The notes under the pieces are model-generated. The model had not been told where the DNA came from and searched no databases. It worked only from the letters and a program-made list of their open reading frames with translations. Position numbers and translations under genes: made by a program. This document shows positions 37,026 through 48,717 of a stretch of 64,000 nt of DNA, one piece after another. Source of the stretch: Vitrella brassicaformis CCMP3155 (lineage: Eukaryota > Protista > Chromerida). The first letter of the stretch is position 1; each line of letters starts with the position of its first letter. The stretch is from assembly GCA_001179505.1 (NCBI GenBank), contig CDMY01000840.1:187191-251190 (forward strand), written 5' to 3'.

Positions 37026-39010
37026 CTAGTCGTCATAGGATGTCGGCTGATGCCTCAGCAGCTCCTCTGCGCACAGACGAACCACACACAAGCATTGACT
37101 CCATCCTCCAACCCTCCCTCTCTTTATGACATACCGTGTGACGTCTGTGAGGCAAACAACATGAAGTTGATCGGCGGTGCCGCATAGGTCACAGACGAGC
37201 ATGCACTCAGGCTGGCCGAGTGCTGCCGCCGCACTTCACCTACCCCCTCGTCCGTGCTGTCGGTGTGGGTCGGACTCCCGCCCGCGCAGCACATGCCGCC
37301 GCTGCCCCCGCCCTGCTGGTACTGGTCACCCTTGCTCATCTGCTGCACGTGTGACACGGTGAGGGGGGGCGAGGGGCATGTGTGTGTGGCGTAGGGGAGG
37401 AGGGGGAGCGGGTAGAGCGATTGGGGAGGGCTGGGGGGCGCCGCGCCCATCATGTAAAACGGCACATACGGCTGCAGAAACGAGGCAGAAACACGAGCAG
37501 GACATCTGATGGATGAATGGATGGATGGATGGATGGACGTCTCACACACCTGTGTGACAGGGAACGGCGGCAGTGGCGGCACCTGTGTCTGATGCTGCTG
37601 ATGATGATACTGCTGCTCCCCGTCGTACCCATAGCCGCCATCACAGCCGCCGCCGCTCGCACTGTTGTTGTGTATGTGCGGCGACACCATGCCCGTGAGG
37701 GTGAACTCGCACCTCTCCCCCTCCAGCCCGTCGATGCTCTCATCCACAGACGGCACCCGCGTGCTGTGCGAACACGGCGACACGTCGGTGCTGCTGCTGG
37801 TGCTGCTGCTGGTGCTCATCATCTGCCCGCCGCCGCCAGTGGCTGTAGGTGCAGGTGACGGTGGGGGTGCGAGGGGCATGAGGTCGGTCTGCTGCGATGG
37901 AGAGGGGGAGGAGGGGGGTATGGGGCTGGGCTGTGGTGAGCCGTCGTGCTCGTCGCTCGTGGATTCCTCGGAGGATGATTTCTTGAGCAGCGGGCGGCGA
38001 CGCAGCTCCTCGGCACCGTGAGCAAACCGGCACTTGTCGCCCATGGGGCAATCGCCTGCGAGGGAAGGACACGACAGGACACCACAGCCGACACAATGCA
38101 GCAATTGTTGCAGCGATTCTGTGTCTGTGTCTGTGTCTGTGTCTGTGTGTTTCTCACCTCTTTTCCACCTGGGGCAGATGGACGTCTTGAAGAATTCGAC
38201 GGTCTGAAGGGTTACAGACCAAGTAAATAACGGTGCCTGGGGTGCGTGTGGGTCTCCATCCTCGCTCGCTGGTTCAGGCGTAAGTACGTACCGATCTGAG
38301 ATCCGATTCGGTGTGTGCATAGCGACAGGTATCTCCGTTGGGGCAGCTGCCCGTCGTCACGAACGTCTCGCATAACCTGAAGGAATGCACACACAGACGC
38401 AGACACAGACACAGACACAGACACAGACACAGACACAGATTGAGTGATCGATTCCTCGATTGGGCCGCCGGCCCGTGTTGGCCACGGTAGCTACCGTGTG
38501 CGTGCTAGGTCCGGCAGCGCCCTCAGGTCGCTTTCGTCGTGTGCGAACGTGCAGTTGGTCGCCTTCTTGCAACGACCGGCAAGGTGCAGCTGACACATCT
38601 TGGTGCGATAAAACCTCTAAATGAGGAAACAAACACCCACACACAAGAGAGAGAGATACCAGAGATGAGCGCGAGATGAGTGAGCGATCCCTCTCTCTCT
38701 TTCGTGCGCCTGGCTTGTTTGCTTCTCTTTGTGCGGATGTATTCACCTGCTGCAAGGAGGCAGGCACCTGCAAAAGACAACACACATACAAGCACACAGA
38801 CACACCAAGGCAAAGCAAAACAGCGATTGAGTCGGTTGTTTCATCCATCGGTCGGTCTTTGGCGCATCACTGCAGCCAACCACCGGTTGTGCTCCCCCTG
38901 ATGTGTAATTGTTGTGCGGGCTCACCCACCTTGCATCGCTTCGGATCATTCTCTGCGTCTACGCTCCCGCCACTCGCTGACGGCGGATCTACCGGCATCA
39001 CGGCCGCCAT
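37026..39010 (-). CDS. Triple CCCH zinc-finger RNA-binding protein
   Basis: RFYRTKMCQLHLAGRCKKATNCTFAH, LCETFVTTGSCPNGDTCRYAH and FFKTSICPRWKR|GDCPMGDKCRFAHG, then a Ser/Pro/Gln-rich region and a small last exon EELLRHQPTSYDD*. The start codon is tentative. Confidence 0.85.
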
Positions 39011-39300
39011 CTCGCCTACAGCTCTGATCTCTTTGGTCCTTGTATCGCTTCGGAAGGCTCCTCGGTAAGTCGTTCGATCATGCTCGAAGTTGACCAACTT
39101 TGCCTCAGCTTCGAATGTGGTAAACGGACCAGTAGCAGGGTTTCGGGTTTCAGGGTTTGTAAATGGGATAGGGCAGGGACAGGACAGGAACTGTGGAGCG
39201 ACACGTCATTCCAGTGAGTCATCCAATCTGTCTCGTGACCAAGCTCTTCTCCGTTGATTTGATCTCTTTGCCGCAAGTGATTGTTTTCAGCGCGTCAGCA

Positions 39301-40234
39301 ATGCGTTCGCTCACTTCCCTCGTCATGCTGCTGATGCTCGCCTGTGCGGCGAGCGGCTTCCTGCTCGTCCCGCCCCACCTCCGGGCCATGGACGTGATGG
39401 CTCACCGCGCACAGCCCGACACGCGCATGTCCCTCTTCCGGCGACGCCTGGGAGGCATGATGGACCCCTTCGAAGAGCTTTACGTGAGCATATGAGCGGT
39501 GACACGACAGACGTCTGGTGTGTGTCTACATGCTTCTCTGCTGTGTGCGTGTGCGTGTGTCTGTGTGTCTCTGTGTGTGTCAGCGGCTGACCGACGAGAT
39601 GAACAGGCTCCTGCCTCGTGTGAGCGGGTCCTTCGAGATGTCCACCTCGATGGGAGGCTTCTCGCCACGCCTCGACGTCAAGGAGGAACCTGACGCATTC
39701 GTCATCACGGTAAGTAAGACAGGCACGCACACCCCTCCCCTCCCCTCCGCACACAACTCACTCGCTCACGAGTATTTATCCATCTCCACACATGCCTGCC
39801 TCTTCATGTCGTGTGTCTGTGTCAGTGCGAGCTGGCGGGCATCCCGAAGGAGAACATCAACGTGTCGGTGCGCGATAACATCATGACCATCAGCGGTGAG
39901 AAGAAGGAGGAGCGCACCGAGGGCACCCCGCCCGGCGAGGCGCCCAAGGAGGGCGAGGAGGCCAAGGAGGGCGAGGAGGCCAAGACGGGCGGCTACTTCA
40001 TGCAGGAGAGGACTTACGGCAGGTTCCAGAGACGATTCACCCTGCCTGAGTAAGTGACCCGCAGCCCACAGCACACACACGCGGTATGGGCATGCACTCA
40101 CGCCCTGGTTGTGCAGGGATGTGGACGAGAGCAAGATCGCTGCCAAGATGGCTGACGGGGTCCTGACCATCACCGCTCCCAAGATGGTCAAGACGCCCGA
40201 GGAGACCGGCAGGTCCATCAGCATCGAAGAATGA
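39301..40234 (+). CDS. Small heat-shock protein (HSP20/alpha-crystallin), probably plastid-targeted
   Basis: Signal MRSLTSLVMLLMLACAASG|FLLV; PRLDVKEEPDAFVIT|CELAGIPKENINVSVRDNIMTISGEKK; ERTYGRFQRRFTLPE|DVDESKIAAKMADGVLTITAPK. Confidence 0.93.
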
Positions 40235-41317
40235 ACTAGCCGAGAGTAGCGAGGGTGTGAGAGGGGGAGGCATCGGGGGGGAGGTGATGATGCTTAGGTA
40301 GCTGCCTTTTGTAGGTGCGTCGTCGGCGTGTATGAGAGTGTGCGATTGCCCGTTCCATCAGCTCGACGGGAGAACGTTCCGTGCCTAACAGCGTGGAACG
40401 TTCTCTTGGTGAGCTGGTGTACCGGCCAAGCACACACTCATACACGAGGCCAGACAGACAGAGAAAAACTCGGCTTTTTCACTGGTGGCTGATTGATGGG
40501 GGCGGCCCCGTTTGTGTGCTGTGCGTGGTATGGTATGTATACCTATTTCTGTATGTACATCAGCCCTCTCTTGTCCATCTATCTCTATCGACGCCCTCAC
40601 TACTGACTGCTTGTCACCGAGCGCAGTTTTCCCCTGGTTTGCATCCGTGCGTGTCGTCTGTGAGAGAGAGTGTGTGTGTTCGTGCCGAGGGGCTGCCCCA
40701 TTTTCCCGACTGCGGCCGTGAGGGCGCGCGCCTTTTTTCCGTCTGTATCCCTTCATGTGTAAGTTTTTGGTGTCGGTTGTGTGGTCTGTGTGGTCGGGAG
40801 GGAACGACGCGGCTGAGGGCGTACATACCTCTTTTTCATCGTGGCGCGGAGAGAGGATGAATAGCGAAGCTATGAGGGGGTGTGTGTGTTGTCTGTTGCC
40901 ATGCGCTGTGGGCATCTGTCCCGTCTTGCTGCGAGCCGGAGCTGTCACCCGAGTGGCACAGGGCCTTTGAGTCGACTGTGACGTGTTCGGGTGGGAGTGC
41001 TGTGTGCGAGCAAGACGGGAGGGACAAAACAGGCGTAGAGGGCAGACAGGCAGGAAGCAGTTAGCGAGCCTATCGAGGAACCGAAGATGAGAGTGGGGGA
41101 GCGATGGGTGGACCCTTCATCTGGTAGCTTGGCTGCTGTGTCTGTCATGCATTAGAGATTTATTTGTGGTCGTCAACTCGCGAGTGTGGACTGGGTCGGC
41201 TGGGGGACTGAGCATGAAGTCAAAGATGGTGCATGCGATGGAGTCACTGTACCCACACACGTCCACGCACACACCTAATGCTGCCTACATCACCAGATCG
41301 TCTTCAATGAGAGCCCG

Positions 41318-42468
41318 TCAGTCTACAAGGGCCCTTGTCGAGTCACTATGCCCGTCATTGCCGCCTCCCTCCTGTCCACCCTCGCCCATACCCTCGGTCA
41401 CACCCTCCCGCGACCCCCTTGGCCGCCTGCGACGGGCAGACTCTCCCTGCGCACATAACACGACCACACAAGGACATTGACATGAGAGCGGTGGGTGCAT
41501 CCTACCTCGTCTGCCGTGGTGGCTGTGGTGGTTGGGGTGAATTCGGGGTTGGTCCAGTCGAGCTCGGGGCACTCGAAGTGGTTGTCGAAGTCTACGATGT
41601 CCACATACCTGCAGACGACCATCGACACGCAACACATACATACGATGGGTCGGGCAGGCATTCAGACGGATGGTTGTGCGTTTGTATTGTACCTCTCGCT
41701 GGAAATGTATTCTCCGGCCGAGTCGATGACGTCTTCACCGATGTGCACGCGGCTGGCAGACACCGATGACCAATCGCCACGGCTGCCCGCGTAGCACTGC
41801 AGCCAGAGAGGCAAGCCAACAGACACACAGGCGCGGATGGCATTCTGAGAAGATGTCTGTCTGTCTGTCTGCAAGTCCGTCTTACTTTGAGAGCGGGCTG
41901 TCCCTCCGGCACCTTCTCTGCATCAAGCTGCAGCCACCCCAGCATACACACAGCACCATACCATACAGGTGCCTGCCTGGCTGCATTCTTTCATCAGTCA
42001 CTCACTGACCATAAACACGGCTGCGAAATTGCAGTTGGCCGTGAGCCTGTCGGCGATGGCCTTGCTCACGACGTTCATGGTCGTGGTGGCGTCGGCATTC
42101 GCCTGGTAGTACCCACACAGCGTCACGCCCTCCTGCTTGCAGTACTGCTCTATCTGCCACACACACACACACACACACACAGAGGATTCCCGACATACAT
42201 CCTGTGTCGCCTGTGCGCTTGTTTGGTGCTTGCTCCTGACCAGTGAGAAGGCCACTTTGAGCAATGGCGGTAGGATGGAGGTGTGAAAGAGGGGAAATGC
42301 ATCGGTGTAGGTGACCTCCCCGCCCTTGCCTTCGCTCCTGCCCACGAGCACCCCGCCCACAGTGCTGCACGAGTACTTGCTGGCGTGGGAGAGGATCTTG
42401 CTGTACGCTGCACTGCTGAACCGATAGCTTCGCTCAGGCATTGATGCAGATGATGTGCAGATGTCCAA
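41318..42468 (-). CDS. EMC8: ER membrane protein complex subunit 8/9 (UPF0172/NOC4)
   Basis: AYSKILSHASKYSCSTVGGVLVG, DAFPLFHTSILPPLLKVAF, LCGYYQAN, YVDIVDFDNHFE...DWTNP. ATG at 42468 or 42441. Confidence 0.9.
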
Positions 42469-42631
42469 GAAGCAGAGATCTCGGGACAGAGATCTCGGAA
42501 CTTCTGTCTGTCAGACGGTCCTATGCTGCTCAGGAGGTGGAGTGGAGTCGTCCAACAGCACCTCAAATGCCCTTTTTGTCGAGGCGAGCTAAGCTTGCAG
42601 ATCTTTGCCTTCCTTCCCCGACGAACAAGGC

Positions 42632-44565
42632 ATGGTAATCGGAGCAGCCGTGCCCCTGGAGCCAGGCAGGACGCGGAGGATCTTTGTCTGTGGCGGAACA
42701 GGTCAAAAAGAAAGAGGCGCCGTTGATCTCACTGCGTCACTTCCTTCTGCTGTTATTTTGCAGGCAGCCAGGGCGGTGGTGCCATCTCGCTGCTGCTCAG
42801 ACACAAGAACACCGTCGTGCGGACGCTCACACGCAACGCAAAGGTTGGCGGCGCGCACACACACACAGAGGGAGAGAGGGAGGTGCAATTGCACATTTGC
42901 AAAGCCCTGTTGTTGTATATGTGTGTGTGTGCAGAGCAATGCTGCCCTGCAGTTGATGAGCAGAGGGGTGGAGGTGATCGAAGGCGACCTCAAGGATGGT
43001 GAGATCCGGCGAGCCTCTCGGTGTGTTAGTGAGTCGTGTGTGTGCGTGTGTGCGCAGAGAAGCCGGTGTGCGAGGCTTTGAGTGGGTGCGAGGGGTGCTT
43101 TGCCTCCACATACTCTGACCATGACGGCACCGAGGGCCAGTGCGGCCGCAACCTCTGTGCTGCCATCATCAAAAACCAGGTCAGGCAATGACAAACAGCC
43201 ACCAGAAGGCGCACACAGCTAACGATGTCGCCATGATTCATTCGTTCGTGCAGGTGTCGCTTGTGGTGTTCTCGGGTGGCGAGCGGATAAACGTCGAGGG
43301 CATGGACAACAAGGTGTGCCACCCATCCATCCATCCACAGTGATGCCCTCTCCTCTCGCCGTCTGTCTGTGTCATTGTGGGTGGGTGGGTGGGTGGGTGT
43401 CACTGCCAGGCTGAAATAGAGGACCTGTGGAAGCGGATGATAGCCGAGGCGCGCAAGGAGAAGGGCAAGGGGTGGGTGCAGCCGCGGATCGTCTTCCTCC
43501 ACTCGGCATTCTTCATGGAGAACGTCGTCGCGAAACGGGGAACCAAAAGGGTCAAAGTCGACCAGTAAGCTTGCTTACACAGGAGGCCGGACAGGACACC
43601 GACAAGACAAGTGGCTGGAAGGTCATTCGTCCTTCCCTTCTTGCTGCTGCTGCTGCTGTGTGTGTGTGTGTGTGTAGCGACCGTCGTCACTATGAGTTCA
43701 GTGTGCCGCTAAAGCAGCACATGAGGGTCCCCATGATCGGCGGAGACGACATCGGCAAAGTGGCCGCAGGTATTTATGGCTCACAGACACAGACACCCAG
43801 CCGGCCCAGCCACCTTTCTTCCCTCCTGCTCTTCCTCGTGCGTCAGCGATCCTTGCGGACCCGGAGAGGAGTCTCCATGACACCGACAAAATCCCTTTCC
43901 CAAGTGTACGTGACCTCCCCTGACACCACACCACACTATGGTGGCAGGCTGCATCTCCCTCTTTATCTCTCCCGTGTGTGGGAAATGTCGATCGATCAGA
44001 TGTGGGAGATCAAGATCGCAGGCGACGCAGTGACCCCCCAGCAGTTCGTCGACACCTTCCTCAGACTCAAAAACAGAAACAGATCCGAGCAAGACAAAGT
44101 GAGCGGCGACCCACCCATCCATCCATCCATCCATCCACACGCTCACTCTTGACACTCCTCTCTCTGTTGCGTTGCAGGTGACAGGCGAGTACAGGGAGTT
44201 TTCGCTGCAGTTTTTCCGCAGTCTGCCGATCCCCGGTGCGCGTCTGATCGTTGGCATGTACGAGTGGTACCACCGAGGTTGCCCCGGCCACGAACGGGAC
44301 CCCGAGAGGTGCCGGCAACGATTCCCAATGCTCCGCTCTCTCGAGCAGTGGATGATTGGTACGCAGGCAGGCAGGCAGACTGACAGACACGCACAGGGCG
44401 GGCGGTCATGATGTGTTGTGTGGTGCAGATGAGGGTTTGGCGCTGATTGAGGCGAATGCGTATGAGGACACGGTGTGGCACCGGCTGGAGCAGGCTGCTC
44501 AGAGCCTGCTCATCCAGCTGTATGGCCTCTGGATGTCTGTCAACTGTTTTGGCGGCGGAAAGTGA
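42632..44565 (+). CDS. NmrA/HSCARG-like atypical short-chain dehydrogenase-fold protein
   Basis: RIFVCGGT|GSQGGG, VVRTLTRNAK, GVEVIEGDL, MDNK|AEIED, AFFMEN, VPMIGGDDIGKVAA, GMYEWY. Confidence 0.8.
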
Positions 44566-45466
44566 AATGATGGGCTAGATAGATAGATGGGGGCAAATCG
44601 GTTGTTTGTGTGTAATGATGTACTAGGTACTTTCTTTCTGTAGTTTTTGCGTCCGTCGGTGTCGTTCCTCTTTATGAGCGAGGCTGTAATTTTGGTTGGC
44701 TGGTTGGTTGGGCGGGTGGGTGTCCAGAAATCATTTTGTGTGTGCAGCAGCTGACGTAATTCGGCACAGCCAAACAGACATCCGTATGTGTGTGTGTGTG
44801 TGTTGGTACTTGACCGTGAATCAAAGCATGTAATTAGAATGAAGGTGTCCTGTCAGACACGGGGAGCCGTGGGCAAATACCAGAGGGATTCGTTCAATCA
44901 CATACGGTCATCATGGGTTCAATTCCTCCAGTGGACCCATGCTGCAAGTTTCGGGGGGAAGTCTAGACTAGCTACCCTAAGGATCTCACTGGACTGTCTG
45001 CAAAACGGATCTCACTGGGCGCGCCGCGAGGACCAGCCGAGGAGCGGCACTAGGATGCGTAGGGTAGCTGCCGTGAAACCGTGCAAAGGCTGAGGACACA
45101 GAGGCGTGCGATCGGTCGATCGGAGTGTGATCGTGCGTGGCCAGTGTACATGAATCGGACTCGCAAAAGACTCGGGAGGAGGGGGGCAAGGTGCGCGTTA
45201 AGGCAACCACCACCACCACCACATACACTGCGAGCTCGGCTGTATGGATCGCTCCAAGAGACAGCCATGAAATTTGGATCTTGGATCGATGGGAAGAAAG
45301 GTGAGCAGGAGTGCGTGACTCATTGAGCTGCATCCGCCGCGAGAAAGCCCTGCTTATCTCGCAGATGTGAGTAGAAGACGATTTGGGGGACTCATTTGCT
45401 GATCTGTCACTCCGTGCCGCATGTCCGTGCGCGTCAGCAGCAGCAGCAGCAGCAGCAGTTCCCCCG

Positions 45467-46016
45467 ATGAGCGACAGGCCTGTAGGGCACCTCTACGGCC
45501 GTGACGTGTATGCGTTTGGCGATGGCGGCTACGCGTTCGAGGCCAAAGGGGATCTGCGCCCTCTGCGCAAAGAGGACTGCAAGGCCGTCAGCCTATTCGC
45601 CAATTATTCGCCGACGTCCAAAGGTACAGTCTGCCTGCCTGCCTGACTGTCTGTGAGTTCTCTCTGTGTGTGTGGCTTGTGTGGTCAGTGAGGATACCGA
45701 CGGCTTCATCCAGCTGCCATCCGGTGTCCGCTACCGCATCGTTCAGCGCGGTGATGGCCAAGCGCCTACACTCAACCAGACCGTCCGCATAGACAACCTC
45801 GTGTGGCAGGGCGACGGCGAGGGCTTCAACGACCGCTCGCGGCCGCGCTATCGCGAGGTGGATGAGCGCATTGACGACAGCATGCCTGAGTGGCGTCGGG
45901 AGGCGCTGCTGAGCATGAAGGTGGGGGAGGTCCGGCGGCTGATTGTGCCGGCCACGGTGGAGGACGGCCGCCGCCGACATGAGCTGCGGCTGTGGGCTAT
46001 TGTCAACGAGCGTTGA
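45467..46016 (+). CDS. Small protein with a degenerate FKBP-fold domain and an unknown N-terminal module
   Basis: LPSGVRYRIVQRGDGQAP..TVRI...DGEGFND and EWRREALLSMKVGEVRRLIVP follow the FKBP pattern. One intron (about 45624-45688). Confidence 0.65.
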
Positions 46017-47400
46017 TGCCCAGGCGGCTTTTCTTCATTGTTTTTTCTTTTTCTTTTTTGTCGTCGGCTGGGGGCAGCGCTGCCCTCTTGTCTGTGGATG
46101 TATGCTTGATGGTCTCTACCTAGCGAGGAAGGGGTGGATGCACAACCGATATGTGAGAAAAAAGAAAGGAGAGCGTGATGTGGATGGCTGTCTGCGTCAG
46201 AGTAGTGTATCTTTGTGGGGTTCTCTCTCCGTGTGCGGGCCGCCTCTGCTGTCCTCGAGCACATCACTCACTCACACATACAAGGAGCTGTGAGCTCTCG
46301 GGCAGCAGATTCGACAGCGCATGGAGGGAAAGACTGCGCAGGATAGATAGCTGTGGCTGCTGTTCAATTAGCAAGACAGGCAGTTTTCCGTGGTTTCTCG
46401 TGTGTGAGTGTTTCTTGCCTGCGTAGTACGTCGCTGGCCTTTCGGACAAAGGACATAGTGCATGTGTGTGATGTCACGTTGGGCTGTCAAGCAGACGGTT
46501 TCGAATTGAGATGAAATATACCGGTGTGTTGTCACGTCACATCTGCAGCATGGATGTCATGGTCAGGCAGAGGAGGTCTTCCATCATCACTGACCCCTTC
46601 TGCTCTGTGTTCCCCTCCCACATTCCCTCCCACATTCCCCCCCTCCCTCCCTCCCTCCCTATCACATCACACATCGATGCACCTTCCCCACTTCACTCAC
46701 TCCTTTCCGGCTTCCTGTCGCATCTTCTGTTCTGGAGAAGAAGTAGTCATGGGTGTATGTATGGTGCGCATAGATTACACATCAACAAGGATCCAATCAG
46801 GGCAGCTAGTGCAGACCAGCGGCCGCTGGGCCTGCATGTCTGTCTGTCTGTCTGAGTTAAAAAGAAAAGTCAGACAGACAGACAGACATGCAGGCGCCAG
46901 CAACGTCAGCTGGCTGTGTACAGCAGGGACATGTTCCCAAATCGGGAAGATGGGGTGGTGTTCAAAACGGAATAAAAAGATACCACGCTCCCAATCGGGA
47001 AGCATCACCACAGCTACAGTAGCAAGAGACATCCACCCATCTAGACGTGTACACAACTCACACCTGCGCTGCGCCCCACCACAGGAGTGTGTGCGTTGTG
47101 TTATTGGCTAGGCTACACGAGAGAGACTGTGGGGTTTAAACGAGACAGGCACCACAGTTCATTCCCAGCTGGCAGGGAAGCAAACAAACAAACAAACAAA
47201 CAGGCATCGGTTGGACAGACACACACGTCTACGGACACGCATCCATCTCCAGAACAACACCCCCCAGCAGCACTCTCGGCACCGGTTTCACCATCCCCTT
47301 GCCCGCGATCACCGACTCCACCTTCATGGAGCGGCCCGCCATAGTCTCTGCACTGGGGCTGAGCACCGGTGTTGCAGTATCCCCGACAGGTGACAGCTTG

Positions 47401-48496
47401 TCACCACTGGCAGCAGCAGCAGCAGAGATGTACAGGCCGCGGGAAAAACGACAAGGACGAGTTGGACATGAGCGACTGCCGGCGGCTGATCTCGGAGGGC
47501 AAGCGTGTGGTGGCCAGGGAATGGTGCAACGCGTACCTGCGCACACAGACAGAGACACTCCTGTGGATGGGAGTGTGTGAGGGGGGGACTGTCTGCCTAC
47601 TGTGCAAGGACGCTGTGAAGGCAGGAGAGCTCGTTGACAGAGAACCAAGGGTGCTGCTGCCCAGCCACCGGACTCTCCGTCGCCACAGAGCGGCCCTTGT
47701 TGATGAGCGGCGCCCGGAACGACAGCAGGATCTTATCGACGTCCGCGTGTTCGGCGTCGTCATTCCCCGCACCCATGCCGTCTTCCTGCTCGTCTCCAAC
47801 GTTGTACGCCAGCTTGGCACATGCCTTCGGAGATTCTCGCAGGTCCGAGAGAGCGTCACACAGGACGGCACATAAGCGCTCGAAGTCGCCCACTGACCAA
47901 CACAGAACAGACGGGGGATGTTCGTGTTCGTGTGGCGTGACGTGGCTGAATGCTTCTCCGCTGACATGATATGCGCGCGTCGATGTTGGCACGACTCAGC
48001 TTGTCAACCTCGTGGAAGCTGTCCATCGGGCGTCTCACGGCGAACACGAGCAGCTTCGCGAGGAAGGTCTCGAGCTTGCAGGAGGCGTCCTTCAAGGCCT
48101 CGTGCACACCCGGCAGCTCCGTCTCAACCTCTCTGGCCACCCGCTTGAGCACGGCCGCGTACGTGTGGGGGTTGAGGAACAAATCGTGAAGGTTCTCCTG
48201 TACACACGGACACAGAAGAAACACAGGGATGGGATGGACGGACCGCCCAAGGGGGGAGCCTCAGGGAAGTGCAGTCCTTTTCTTCCACACACCTTGAGGC
48301 ACAGGTAGTGTCTCAGCTCAGGGGCGTGTTCGTCCCCCTCTTCGCCGGCCTGTGTGGGGCTCTCAGGTTTGGTCTTCGCCAGAGGGGGACCTGGTGAGTC
48401 CAGCAGCTTCCGTGAGCGCAGAGGCGAGGACGGAGAGCGTGAGAGAGGGGCGCAGAAGTGCAAGGGCATCTTCTCGATGTGAGGAGGAAGGCACAT
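47401..48496 (-). CDS. Hypothetical helical protein, 4 exons, with a C-terminal Cys cluster
   Basis: Splice-consistent model: MCLPPHIEK...HYLCLK|ENLHDLFLNP...IQP|LGDFERLCAVLCDAL...SVLA|QYALHHS...HLCCCCCQW*. No family recognised. Confidence 0.55.
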
Positions 48497-48717
48497 GGTC
48501 GTTTCGGCCCGCCTCGCCTTATTTGCCGACGCGAATACATACTTGCCAACGCTGACCTGCCATCGGCAACGGCCGAATATCCAGATCACACACGGCTCCC
48601 CTTGTGCGCCCCTGCGGCTCGCAAAATTTGGTGACTTTCGATGACTTTTGATGATGACGGCGTCGTTCCCGGGCTATACTGCCCCTCCTCGTCCATTTGG
48701 TGACATTTCTTCCCATC

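Noticed and set aside
44890-44945. tRNA gene suggested by a TTCAATT T-loop-like motif
   Set aside because: No 5-bp T-stem, acceptor stem or D/anticodon arms can be formed; kept only as part of a structured-island lead.
46775-47111. Short complex-sequence ORFs between convergent genes
   Set aside because: No recognisable motifs or convincing start/splice structure; probably UTR sequence.
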